Assembly (NCBI GenBank): GCA_045837725.1
Contig: JBEWZL010000136.1
Coordinates: forward strand, 1 to 64,000
Direction: 5' to 3'
DNA from: Vermamoeba vermiformis
Lineage: Eukaryota
DNA length: 64,000 nt
The stretch's first letter is position 1; each line of letters begins with the position of its first letter. Of this stretch, positions 1 through 11,685 are shown in pieces. The notes below the pieces were generated by a model. The model did no database searches. It saw only the letters and a list, made by a program, of their open reading frames with translations, and was not told the DNA's origin. The position numbers and the translations under genes were made by a program.

Positions 1-1935
1 TATACACCTGGACAGTGCGATTCAAGCTCTAGCAGGTGAAATTCGGCAGGAAAGTTTACACCACGCAAAGATATTTCCCAGGCCCTTGTTGATTTGTCTT
101 CTCTGGGAATTGGCAGACGCAACCCAACCAATCGCGGAGAAGCTGCAAAAATCTTGTTGATCACGGCAACAGTTGTGGCTCCCATCGTGTTGTACAGATC
201 AAGTTGTTGCCCAAGAGCAAGATGGAAGTGAAGAAAGCGCAGGTGCCTCCACTCGTGACTGGCAAATCCATACGACACTAATTGAGTTCTAATGTCGACG
301 ATAGCCAGGGCTTGAAGAGAAGCGACACAAGCCGGAAACATCTTTGCAGCAACAGGAGGATCAACATCCTCAAAGCGGAGTTCGAGCAATTGACCGAAAC
401 TGGGAAGTGTTAGTTTAACGTACCAGTAAAAATTAATTATTTACTTACAAGGCACTCGCAGAATTGTTCATTGACTCGCCTGTCGGATCCAAGCTCACTC
501 GGGTCAGGTAGCAACCACGACACGCTGTCGAATCAATAGGGTGGATCGCACCAAAGTCGGAAAGGCGAATGATACAATCTTCAACTTCTAAAACCGAATA
601 CACGTTGTTGTTAACGGTTCGGTAGACGTGCCTTGGATCGTTGACAATGTTGATGGCATTAACCGGCTGGGGCTTAGTTTTTGGTGGAACGGCACCTTCA
701 TTAAGCAGAATGTTAGAAAGACGTAAAATAAATTAATTACTTCATACTTTTTTGGATTGGCTTGCCAACAGGTTCCTTGTCAGGAACTGTTAGAACTTGA
801 AGCGTTTCGGTTTCACTGTCTTGGATCGGTGAAGCAATGTAAGTCGGTGACTCCTGTACTACTAGATTAATCATGGTAAAAATAATTTTAAATTACTTAC
901 CGGCATTTCTTGTTCCGGGCTGGAAATTGAGGATGGGCTGGTAGGACTACGAGGGCTGGTAGAACTACGAGGGCTGGAATGTGACGCCTGAGAATGATGG
1001 GGGCTGGCATGGACTTCGAAGAGATCAATCGAATTCGAAACTTCTTCGCTTGCCGCGACAAAACTTTGCTTCTCTTGGGGTACTTCGACGCGAGCTTTCT
1101 TCGTGACGGTTTGTGTCAATTCTTCTCCCTTTCTCTTAGGCGGTGGTGCGTAGGACATGAAAACAGGAGGTCGCAATTCGAGTGCTGGCAGATGAAACGC
1201 CTCGTAGCCAAATCCGTTTATATTCGGCAAGAAGTCTACCTCGGTGAATTTATTGGCATCAGGAATTTCGGTCGTAGCGCCATCAGTGCCTAATAACATA
1301 TTAGAACGCCATATTAAAATCGGTATTGTACTCACCTTTACTTTCGAATTTGGTTTCCTTTGCTGTGTATTGTGAGAACAAAGGGACATCATAGCGACAA
1401 TTTTCGGTTGAAATGACTGCCAAAAGAGATTCCAAGGACTTCGTGGAAGTCCAGTGACCGTAGTGGTAACGCATCGCACACCAGAGTTTTGCGTGCTCGG
1501 TGTGGGTCACGTCACCGCCTTCCGCGCGACTGGCGCCCTTTGTCATGTTCGGAATGATTACGTTGTCTCGGGCTGCCCGCAACATCTCGGGAAACGTGCG
1601 CATGAACTTGACGAATCTTTGCCAGGCTACGGATGCGAGGCTAATGCCGAGGTGTTGAGCTATTGCAGCGCGGTACGACTTATACCAGCGAGGGTACACC
1701 ATTGTGCGCTCTGGACGGGGGGCTAGCATTCCGTGGAAGTCAAAAACAACGTAGTAGAAGAGGAAATCCGCTCGGTTGTTGAACATGAAGTATTCCAAGC
1801 TATCGTGGAGTTTCTGCACGTAAGCATTGAAATCTCCTCCAGGCACTGACCGGTTTCTAGCGAGTACAAGGAACTCTACAAAGGTCACGATGTTCCTTTT
1901 CAAATCTGTCGACTTTTTGGTGTCGTCGTTATTCT
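1..1935 (-). CDS. Multi-exon gene of unknown function, running off the window; boundaries approximate
   Basis: Minus-strand open frames (1301-1903, about 898-1290, about 449-707, <1-404) separated by short AT-rich GT-AG segments (donors appear as cttac/catac on + strand near 445, 745, 897); Ser/Pro-rich middle part; no family recognised. Confidence 0.5.
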
Positions 1936-2941
1936 GTTAAATAAATAAATTAGGCCCTGCATAATTAAGTATTTAATTTCTAAATACGACCAATAATATT
2001 CGGACTTTTTAAAGTCCTCTGTAATAATTAAAATTTCCGAAATTTTTTGAAACAGATTTTACCATTCCAATCGAGATTTAATTGCGATAAGTACGATAAT
2101 AATTCGTATTCCACGATTATTCGTAGTATACGTAATATTGCAAGCGGATTTACGCTCTTTTGGAGACTAAAATCCGTAAGTACGCTCAAGCAGCTTGTGG
2201 CCGCGAGGATCACCAACGAAGTCTTTTGGACTCGCTAGTAATTTATGTAAAAAATAGGTGCAGACTCACTTGTGGTGACGCACACTATTTTTAAATTGAA
2301 ATGCTCGAAGCAAGAACGCAAGATTTGGGCACGTGACGCACACGTGATCGTACGTGTCATTGCCAAAAAAAGAAGATTTCCAAAAACGGATTTACAATTC
2401 AAATCAAACTGTCATGTCAACAGCACGACTAATTTATTACTGTTCGCGTATTTATTTACAACATAGAGTAACGCGCCGCAGTATCAAAACCGTTCCAGCG
2501 CGAGTTTTTACGGATTTGGAGCTGATGCGAAAATGATCGCGTCAGAATTCTTTAAACGTCAGCAGATCGACCACAAGGGTCCAAATCTCGAGTAATTTTG
2601 GTTATTAACAGCTGATAGTGACGCGCCACGGCAGCCAGGGCCGTTCAGCGCGAGTTATTTGGATGGAAGTCGATGCGAAATCTAGATACGCAGCAGATCG
2701 ACTTACAAGGCCGATTTTTGTCACAATATACCGCCATAACGGGTTAACGGCGGATTTTGGTAAGTTCGTGTTGATACTCGTTCGATCCAATCCTGAGGAT
2801 TCGGATTTGAATTTTATTTAATACTAATACTAAAATAAATCACTAATTTTTGAAAACATAGATCAAACGGTCCTGAATTGCCAATTCTGTAACTTGCGTT
2901 GGTAAAAATAAAAACGATTTTAAGTTAATTTTTTTTATTTG

Positions 2942-3340
2942 TAGATCGTCTCCACGATGGAGACGACCCTTTCGGACTTAATTTTTGTTTACTAGATCGT
3001 CTCCGCGCTGGAGACGACCCGCGTGGACTTTGTTTTTTTTGGAGATCGTCTCCGCGCTGGAGACGACCTATACGGACTTCGTATTTTTTTAGGAGATCGT
3101 CTCCGCGCTGGAGACGACCTGTACTGACTTAATTTTTTTAGGGGATCGTCTCCGCGCTGGAGACGACCTTTGGGGACTTTGTATTTTTTCGCAGATCGTC
3201 TCCGCACTGGAGACGACCCTTACGGACTTTGTTTTTTTTTGTAGATCGTCTCCGCGCTGGAGACGACCCTTACGGACTTTGCATTGTTTCGCAGATTGTC
3301 TCCGCGCTGGAGACGACCCCTGGGTACATAATTTTTTTGC
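2942..3340. repeat. Tandem array of 8 units of about 50 bp, each with palindromic core AGATCGTCTCC-GCGCT-GGAGACGACC
   Basis: Units start near 2943, 2993, 3043, 3094, 3143, 3193, 3243, 3293; spacers are related to each other (ggactt...T-tract). Confidence 0.92.
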
Positions 3341-3952
3341 AGGTTGGTTGTGAGTGCGGGTAAGGGTTAGGTACGGGATTACCTAAGCAAAATTTTGCTT
3401 AAGTAAAATTCAACGGGGACTTTTGTTTATTTTAGTAACTTTTCAAGGCTAGCCCTATATGGCCAGGCCCTTTTACATATATGAATTATTTGTTGTGCCT
3501 ATTTACTGCACAATTTTTCAACAAAATTAAGCATTCATATACTGCTTTATATAAGTTCATTTACTGGGTTCAAATTCCTAAATAATCTCATTTTGCAGCA
3601 AAAAAGTTCAACAAAAAATGAGTTTAAAGCCTCTTTAAACTCTATAACCTGTGGGTTTTTATAACCCAGAAGCCTACTATAATTAAGCTGGTTATAGCTA
3701 GGTAACTCTACCCTTCTATTGCTATGCTCCTAGGCCATTCTCTTTTGCTTTAAAATTTATCATTACCATAAAAGGAAAAAAGGCCAAAAGCGTCCCCACC
3801 CAGGGGACGGTTTTCTAAAAGCATCCCCTCAGTGGGGACGCTTTTTTTAACTGTGTTTTGAAATTTTTGTTTTTTATTTGAAAAAATCAATACACAAGAA
3901 ACCCTAGCAAAAATTTTAGCCCTAGAGTATATATAATTCAAAGCTGGTTTTT

Positions 3953-4483
3953 GACCATCCGAAATTCGGATGCTTTGACTGAGTATAAACTTCTACTAAC
4001 TCATTTATTTTACGTCATACAATCAGGGACTCTTCACCCCTCAACCTTTAACCTTAACCCCAAAGGTATATTAATTTATTTTTGTATTAACTTTGTTTTT
4101 AATAAATAAAGGACATTTAACTGCTACTTGTATATTACTGGACCATCCGAATTTCAGATGCCTGTGCCTTCTAATGAGACTTTAACTTTTTCAGGCAACT
4201 TTATAGACCATCCGAAGTTCAGATGCCTATACGTTCAAAAATGAGATATCAGGTTTTCGTAGCTACTTTTAGACCATCCGAACTTCGGATGCCTATGCAT
4301 TCAAAAATGAGCTATTAGGTTTTTGTAGCTACTTGTTAGACCATCCGAACATCGGATGCCCTTGTTGGAGAATATGGGCTATTAGAAGTACATACCTGGT
4401 TATAACCGTCCGAACGTCGGATGCCTCTAACTATCTAGCTATCAGTTATTCAAAGCTGGTTTTTGACCATCCGAAGTTCGGAG
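3953..4483. repeat. Seven copies of palindrome GACCATCCGAA-N-TTCGGATGCC (mostly about 65-bp period), plus a roughly 130-bp duplication (about 3937-4074 and 4449-4574)
   Basis: Copies near 3953, 4141, 4206, 4272, 4339, 4404, 4465, read directly. Confidence 0.85.
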
Positions 4484-4933
4484 TATAAACTTCTACTAAC
4501 TCATTTATTTTACGTCATACAATCAGGGACTCTTCAGCCCTCAACCTTTAACCTTAACCCCAAAGGTATATTAATGTACAAGTACCTTTTTGTTGAAACT
4601 TGTGCAGAACGCGATTGCATTTACGATGTCTCTCAGTACAGCATTGCGAAAGCATTTGCCAGCATTAGTCGTGGCTTTGCGTACAGAGCTTTCTTTGAAG
4701 ACGAGCAAAAATTACTAGTTGTTCGTGATCAACTAGTTCAATACATCTTGAAGAATATTGACGCTGAACCATCAACTGAAATTGTTGGCAAGCTGGAAGA
4801 TACTAAATTAGTGCCATATGATACCAAAGATATCTCTGATGAAGACCATGGCCGCTCTGCTGACTCATCTTCACGCAAACGCAAGGCCTCTCAAAGTCCA
4901 GAAAGGGACATTGAACCTAGACGTCATCACTGA
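4463..4933 (+). CDS. Hypothetical ORF or exon with basic C-terminal tail (RKRK)
   Basis: 156-aa ORF; its 5' part overlaps the repeat, so the real coding part may start near 4607 after an AG acceptor. Confidence 0.3.
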   Translation: MTIRSSEYKLLLTHLFYVIQSGTLQPSTFNLNPKGILMYKYLFVETCAERDCIYDVSQYSIAKAFASISRGFAYRAFFEDEQKLLVVRDQLVQYILKNIDAEPSTEIVGKLEDTKLVPYDTKDISDEDHGRSADSSSRKRKASQSPERDIEPRRHH

Positions 4934-4999
4934 GAGTTAATTCTTTTTTTATTTTAATGTCCATGAACTCTATATAGAATTATACACATTGTTAACTAA

Positions 5000-5870
5000 A
5001 TAAACTTCTTTTTTTTTATGTCAAAATCGCTATCTGATTTCAAATAGCTGCAATTATCAACTTTTAACGTTATTATCGCACTGTACGATCACCAATCTAG
5101 AACGAATGGTCAAGAATTCTTGAAATTGGTCTGGGATTGTCTGATCTTTGGACGAAAGGCCTAGAATTCTTCAAAAGTTTTAGGGTGCTACCATCCCAGC
5201 CCTAGCCTTTTAAGTAGAATAATAACCAGTGCTGAAGGTCTGCCACATGAATATCCAGTTAAGGAATATAATAATACTAACGCTTCAATTTTCTCTGCAT
5301 CTTGGCTGTACCTGTTGAACAGCAGGACAAGATTTGCATTGGCAAACCTTTTCTCAAGACTAGTGACTTCTCAGTTGAGATTTGCACGAGTATTCCAAAG
5401 CTCTGGCACCTCACAGTCTCTCAGATTCCACACTGGGTGTCTGACAGGACAGTGCAGACTATTGCACCCATGTTTGGCATCCCAAAACATGTTGCGAATT
5501 CAAACTCATTTTTTGTACATTCGGTTGGAGTCTTTGGTACAATATTTGCATTTTTCTGGAGCCCACCACCCTCCACCAACTGCTCATCATCACCATCAAG
5601 GAATGCAATTCTCTTCAATAGTGGTTGCAATAAAGGATCAGATCTCAATCTGCCTTAAAGCACTTCTGCACCTCTTCATAAACTTTCTCCAATTCCTATC
5701 TTGAAACCTTCAGAGAAGCTTCTAGTGCCTCTTTGTCACCTAAAATGCAGAAGGCTAGAGCTAGGGGCTGATAAAAGACAGCTCATCAAGATCAGATTTG
5801 GCAGCTCAGAACAAATAACTCCATCTCGCCACCCCTGAGAGCCTCTTGCTCATGTGCACTATAAGTGAAT
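5000..5870 (-). pseudogene. Degenerate coding relic in a CpG-depleted region
   Basis: Protein-like minus-strand frames (e.g. 5421-5648) broken by stop codons; very few CpG. Confidence 0.3.
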
Positions 5871-6318
5871 GCCACCATATGAAGAGGACGTTGTCCCTGG
5901 AAAAAGTTTGACAATAAACAAGTTTAAAGGCTCTTTAAACTCTTTCACCAGTGGGGTTTTTGTACCCCAGAAGTGCATTTATGATAATTACCAGTATAGT
6001 GCATTTGAAAAAATATTCCAAGATTCAGAAACTCTTCAAAATGCTCTTGTACTTAGGAGATGTGGTGCCAGATTGCCTTTTTTGTGAATTTGGGGACTAG
6101 TTTTCTGCACTAGCTAACAAGATGACAGCTTGAGAACAGCCATGGTACTGGAGTTGATTTCTACTTTGCAAAAAGGTCAGTCACATCCAAATTGAGCAAT
6201 CTAACCAAACTCACCTTTGTTGGTTTTTAGCTCCTGCTTCAAAGAGCCAATTTAGAGTGTCTTTTAGGGTTAGCAATATGCTTAACCATGAGATAAATCA
6301 GAACCACACTTATTTATT

Positions 6319-9300
6319 CTAATGTGAATAAGCTACAAGAGTTGAAATATAAATCGTGGCTTGATATTGAGTGTATGCAGTGCTTGGGTTGTTAGACACA
6401 AATAATGAAACCCACTTGAGAGGGTAATCAGGAACACCAGTGGTACCACCATTACCTCCCCAATAACCACTGTTTTCTATTTTATACACAACAAACTTCC
6501 AACCAGTCCAATCAATGTTAACAACCATTTGAAACATCTGCATCGACAATAAGCAATGATGCTGCACTTGAAATTGATTGAGACTTACCTCTCCAGTGTT
6601 GTCAAGTACTCTAATGCCAGCAGACACACCTGAACCATCACCATAAACCCATTGACCAAATCTGTTAGGAGTGCCAACAATTGTGTAGTGAACTTTGGTA
6701 TCAAAAGTGTAGTAACGGTAGCCGTTGGAGGAAACATAGTTCAACGCAACAATGCCATAAGAGTCAAATCCCAATGGCATTGTAGCCGGCTTTGCCAAAG
6801 TAAAGTCAATAGAAGCTGTAACAGCAGAGTCACCACCCAAATAAGCAGCGAAGTTTTGTTGCAATGAAGTGTTAGTGAGAGTGGAGAAGTCATCAAACTG
6901 TGAGACAGCCAAAGGAGATCCCCTGTTGCGAAAGTTAGAAATCAATCGTAACTGCATACAACGCTTACTTGGTATATGTCATAGCGCCACTAGACAAGGC
7001 CAAGCTGATCGAAGTAGTTTGGTTTGACGAGAGCTGACCATCAACTAAGACAATCGGTGATGAGCATGCAGCAGTGGTTACATCAAATGAGGTCAGTTGG
7101 CCGTTAACAGTCACAGCAAGACGAGCGGACCTATTGTTAATTAGACAGAGTAGTAACGAGGTTCGACAACTTACAAGTCTATCGAGGTTTGGACTGACAC
7201 GGGGATTGAACCATTGACAGTGGTTGGGTACGCAATCGGCTGCACAGCAAATATTGGTGCAACACGTGATTGCATTCGAAGGGGTCCGAATGACGTGAAG
7301 TTGACGAAGATCGGCAAATCATAAGCGAGTGCATCTAAAAATACATCAACGTGATGCCACAACGCAACTGTTTGGCCTGGAGCGACAGTGATGCCGGTTT
7401 GTTCGTAGTAGTCGAGCGTCACGTCCTCGTTGAGCGGATTGGTGAAGAACAATACAAAGTCGACGAGCTTCTCCGTAATAATGAGTGGTGGCTTAGAGAC
7501 GAAGGCAATCACTTGCAAGTAGGGATTAGTTGTAACGGGCACGATGTATTGCACCTCTTCTGTAGCTCCAATCGTTAGAGACTGGCCACTGCTAACTGTA
7601 ACGTCGTTTGTCAAATTGCCAACGTAGTTCGTGAAGCGGAACGACCCTGGACTAACTGGTAGCGATACTGTCTCTGTTTGGTTCACAAGCGTGGACCACA
7701 CGGCAAGAACCAAGTCATCGGCTGCATTGGAAAGGAGCACGATCCAAACACTTGAAGAATCGGTGTGGATACGCTTATTGAATCTCAACCCGCTTGCAAT
7801 GTTCTTCAGCGTGCGAGCTGCGAAGTAAGATGGCTTTGGGTTGTAGGGATAATCGCCCGACGACAAATAAGCGTTGTAAACTGTACCAAAGTGGTGCTCT
7901 TTGTTTGCGGGATCAGTGCCGTCGTCGTGCCAATCGTACCTGCCGTTGAATTAGCTTTGTAAAGTGCTTGAACGTAGTGAGTGCTTACCAGATAGACATC
8001 ACGACATCCATGGCCATGTTGGTCAAGAACATGCGCGGCAAATACATGGCTTGTTGGTGCTCCGTGACGATAGTAGTCGGGTAGCCCCACTCGCCAGCGA
8101 TAATCGGAATGAGTGGTTTGTTGGCGGGCTTGTAGCGCTCGATGAGCAGCGTCAGGGTGAAGTAGTCAGTCAACACATTTTCAGGATTGACCCAGCGATA
8201 CGGATGAATGGACACGCCGTCCCAGTACTCCAATAGCCCGTTCTCAAAGCAGCTTTCGATGAATGCCCAGTCCAAACCTGCAAGAGCAGGACCGATGTGG
8301 TACTCTTTCGGGAAGTTGCCTTTCAGCGCTCTACCAACCACCATGGCTAAGTTAATGAACTGCGTGACATTCGGTGAAGGCGTCCAAAAGCCAATGTTTG
8401 GCTCGTTGTACATCTCCCAAACTGAACCATTTCCGCTCAACAGCTCGAGAGAGCGCATCGTGTAGTTGACAAAACCGGCAATAGCTACAGAGTGACACGT
8501 GTCAGATACTACCTACCACTTAATGCTGGTTACACGTACCTGTCTCGCTGATTGGCGAAGTACCATTGTCATAGAATGAATTTCTGTAGTCCAAAATCCA
8601 GTAAGGAGTCGTGTTGAATGAGCGCAACGTGTTGGAGAGCGCGTCGTACTTTGAGAAGTCGTAGCTCAGAGGTGCGCGATATTCGATCCTGTAGGCAAAT
8701 TCATTACTCCCTCATGCTTGCATTGTAACACTCTACTTACGAGCCCCAATCTAAATCACGACGTACAACGCTGAAGGCATCAGAAAGCATTCTGACCTCA
8801 CGATCGGTCGGAGTAATAATGTGAGCAGCTACACCGAGGTTAGCAGTCGGTGAGTTGGTGAAGCATTGATCGTTCAGACAAACCGATTGCACGCCTGCTG
8901 GAATGGTCACTGTGAATCGGGCTTGAGGAGAGCAGTTCTCCATGGAAAGGGATACTAAGCCAAAAATAGCAGCAACGAAAACGGCAGTTCTGATAAACAA
9001 ATGTTAATAAGACTCGCTGCAGTATCTGACAATCATGTAGCGTACTTTTGATTGGAAAGCAGCTGAACCAACAGCCCGAGAATCAGAGTGGACGCAACGG
9101 CAGAAAGTCCACTAGCTCCACTAACTTGCGAGGAGGGCACGGTCGAAGCGAAGTTAACTTTGGCTTCGAGGACCAGCAGAGCTCCGTTTTGGTTGTTCGT
9201 CAACTGCAGCGGGGTGCCATCCAAATTGCCGTCAGTAAACAAATTGACATCGACCGTAATCTCTTGCGAATCAGTTTGCTTTACGATTATAACGTCCTGT

Positions 9301-9548
9301 ATAATACTTAACGTCAGTGCTTACGCAACAGAAAGCGGAATTGATTTGTTTTTTGAGGGATGTCGAGAAAAAATCAAAATGTGCATTAACCGCTTACCTG
9401 AGAAGAGAAGCTAGATTTAATTTGAATAAATTTAACTCCGTACGATGGGTATGTGAAGGATTCTGAGTGTTTCAAACCGCAGGACGGATCCAGTGCCGTA
9501 ACGTATCCGAAAGCAGAGATCAATCCAACCACGAACACCAAAGCCAAG
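6319..9548 (-). pseudogene. Host multi-exon clan-A glycoside hydrolase (GH39/GH5-like) gene interrupted by the viral insertion; first codons lie at 34162-34177
   Basis: WEMYNEPN (acid/base Glu), SIHPY, IAGEWGY (nucleophile Glu), YDWHDDG...EHHFG; GT-AG introns (e.g. 9397-9297); joining across the TSD restores MKIGLALVFVVGLISAFG. Confidence 0.8.
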
Positions 9549-9664
9549 TGTAGCAGTGCGGGCTCAGGATAGCGAGTAGGCAGCGCTGAGCACGATTTAT
9601 GCTTGATTTATGCATGCCGGGCCTAATTTTTTGTTAGGCAGTGTCTCGATGTCGCACTATTTCA
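9549..9664 (+). repeat. Left terminal direct repeat (116 bp, TG...CA)
   Basis: Identical by eye to 34046-34161; ends are imperfect inverted repeats (TGTAGCAGTGCG vs TGAAATAGTGCG, 9/12). Confidence 0.97.
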
Positions 9665-9675
9665 TACGGGTCAAT

Positions 9676-9798
9676 GGGTCGGCCTCTCGACCCGGCAAGC
9701 CTAGGGTCTTCGGCCTCGCCTTGCCCCTCGTACTTTCTACGCCGTGTTGCTATTCCTTCGGAATGGTTCATACCCTTCGGGTATTCACCCCGCAACAC
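9676..9798. promoter_or_regulatory. Hairpin cluster just inside the left repeat (candidate ssDNA origin or structured RNA)
   Basis: Stems GGGTCG/CGACCC, GGCAAG/CTTGCC and GTGTTGC/GCAACAC, the last enclosing ATTCC-TTC-GGAAT and ATACCC-TTC-GGGTAT. Confidence 0.6.
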
Positions 9799-9833
9799 TA
9801 GCTCCGAAAGTCTGACAGGTACAGGTTGATTTA

Positions 9834-10451
9834 TTAAAGTGCTCCGACTTTACCCATCAGGTTCTCGCTCGCGCCCTTAGCGCCCAAATTGAGGTTCTTG
9901 CCGCGGTTTTTCTGGTAGCATATGAAAAGGTGAATTAAAAACCGGAGCCTGGGCTTGAGTTGCATATTAAGTTGTTGATTCTCCATCAACTCAAGTTCAA
10001 TCTCAGCCCAAGTATCTAGGATTTCCTCGTCATTAAGTGCGGCCAAGGCGAAATGATCAGATGCACCTGGTTTGTCCACTGCCTTGGCCCCAAATTCAAT
10101 CATATTTACAATTATACTGAGACCCATCGTAGACACTGGATTGCCCTTGATGGCCATTAAGGTAGTTTTGATCTCCTGCCAACGCGACTCGAGGTCTTCC
10201 TGGGATAGACCCGCGACATTACCATCCACGTTTGCTAAATATTTGTTCAATCGCCCTGTTTTGGCCTTTGTAATTAAGTTTTTAAGCAATGTCTTGCGCT
10301 TTTCGTCCTCAATTGGTTCCTCATAATATCCTGTGCCGGCATCATTAGGGGCAAATTCGTCTCCTTCATATTCGTCAGCAACATTATCATACGCGGGATC
10401 GTCGCCTAGGTCGACACCTGCCGTGTTCATCTCAATTATCTCTTCGGCCAT
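9834..10451 (-). CDS. Viral hypothetical protein, acidic N-terminus (205 aa)
   Basis: Intact ORF with upstream TAAAAATTTA...AATATA motif. Confidence 0.75.
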   Translation of the reverse strand: MAEEIIEMNTAGVDLGDDPAYDNVADEYEGDEFAPNDAGTGYYEEPIEDEKRKTLLKNLITKAKTGRLNKYLANVDGNVAGLSQEDLESRWQEIKTTLMAIKGNPVSTMGLSIIVNMIEFGAKAVDKPGASDHFALAALNDEEILDTWAEIELELMENQQLNMQLKPRLRFLIHLFICYQKNRGKNLNLGAKGASENLMGKVGAL

Positions 10452-10513
10452 GACTGTATTTCAACACAAGTATATTGGATAGTGCTAAATTTTTAAAATA
10501 TTGAAATTTATTA

Positions 10514-11623
10514 TTAAAGATCGACTGGCTTGAGCTTTTTGCGATAAACTGCAAGTTGATCTACAATATCATTAGTACCCTTGCGCGTGATGTAAAATAT
10601 AGGCACTTGACCTGTCTTGGCGGCTGACTTCAACTGCAAACGTATATTTTCAGCTGCGGCTTTGATTATATTGGACATAGTGCTTGTGCTACCTGAAGGT
10701 GTGAGATATTTGATCTCCTTGTCTTTTCCTGCCATCCTAACTAAAAATCTAGCGATATTTTTAACGCTAACATCCACCCAGTTGACAAACCTATTATTAG
10801 GGTCTGAGATGTTCTTAACAAAAATAGGGTAAATGTCCTTATTTTTGGAGTCTTCGTTGGTGAAAAGACCCGGGTAGGATCCTTCTAAGTAAATCTTAGC
10901 CTCCTCTTTCTCTTCGGTATCGGGGACTTCATTGCCCGGAATCAAACTGTCGCTGTTATTTTTGAATATGTCTTTAGGATTGTCAGCGCGAATTGTCTTG
11001 AGGTCTTCTGGGTTTGGCACCATTTTCGCTTTTTTACCGATATTTGTGGATTTTGGCAAGCCAGCGGCAATTTTAGGTTGTTGCGCCGCGATTGATTTAC
11101 TAATTGGCGACATTTTAGGAGGTGCTGCGGCGGGTCCTGGCAAAACAGGGACTGTTTGAGGTATGACTGGAAGGGGTTGTTGAGCAAGTGGTACTCCCCT
11201 ACGAATGCGTCTACGTTCAGTTTGCGCTGCTTTCTTTTCGGCCTTTTGTTCATCAGTAAGGGTTTTCTGTGTCTTCGCTTCGCCAAATAATTTTCTAGCG
11301 TCTCTACCAACAGGTTCGGATTCTGCCTTAATTTGCTTAAGGTGTCGTCTAGTTCTTCTTTGCATCGTGATAATCTCGGGCTGACGCTGTTGAATATCTT
11401 GAATTGCGGGCAACAGGTTGGCATTAAGTGGTTCGCCACTACCCTTAGCGGCTTTTCTAACTCCCTTAAAGAAACCGTAGTCTTCGAGTACTTCACCTAC
11501 GATTGTTGAAACATCAGTGTGGTACTTTTTTGAAATTCCCCAGTCGTCTTGCACAGTGTCAATCAGGCGACCTTGAGAATAAGGCCTGTGCTTCAGTGCG
11601 TTGTAAAAATCATTCATTTTCAC
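10514..11623 (-). CDS. Viral hypothetical Lys/Pro-rich protein (369 aa)
   Basis: Long intact ORF in a co-oriented gene block. Confidence 0.75.
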   Translation of the reverse strand: MKMNDFYNALKHRPYSQGRLIDTVQDDWGISKKYHTDVSTIVGEVLEDYGFFKGVRKAAKGSGEPLNANLLPAIQDIQQRQPEIITMQRRTRRHLKQIKAESEPVGRDARKLFGEAKTQKTLTDEQKAEKKAAQTERRRIRRGVPLAQQPLPVIPQTVPVLPGPAAAPPKMSPISKSIAAQQPKIAAGLPKSTNIGKKAKMVPNPEDLKTIRADNPKDIFKNNSDSLIPGNEVPDTEEKEEAKIYLEGSYPGLFTNEDSKNKDIYPIFVKNISDPNNRFVNWVDVSVKNIARFLVRMAGKDKEIKYLTPSGSTSTMSNIIKAAAENIRLQLKSAAKTGQVPIFYITRKGTNDIVDQLAVYRKKLKPVDL

Positions 11624-11685
11624 TTTGATAGTTGTATATTAAGTGATGCAAAAAAATTGTTTTTGAATTGATTTTACCGCACTGC

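Noticed and set aside
2992-3207. Arg/Ser-rich protamine-like ORF
   Set aside because: It is only the translation of the tandem repeat
2942-3340. CRISPR array
   Set aside because: Spacers are short and related to one another, no cas genes are present and the context is eukaryotic
3358-4562. Telomeric repeats (GGGTTAGG, AACCTTAACCC)
   Set aside because: Only 2-3 degenerate units, internal; not an array
9744-9798. tRNA gene (cloverleaf-like fold)
   Set aside because: Only 55 nt with two arms; lacks D-loop, anticodon arm and T-loop consensus
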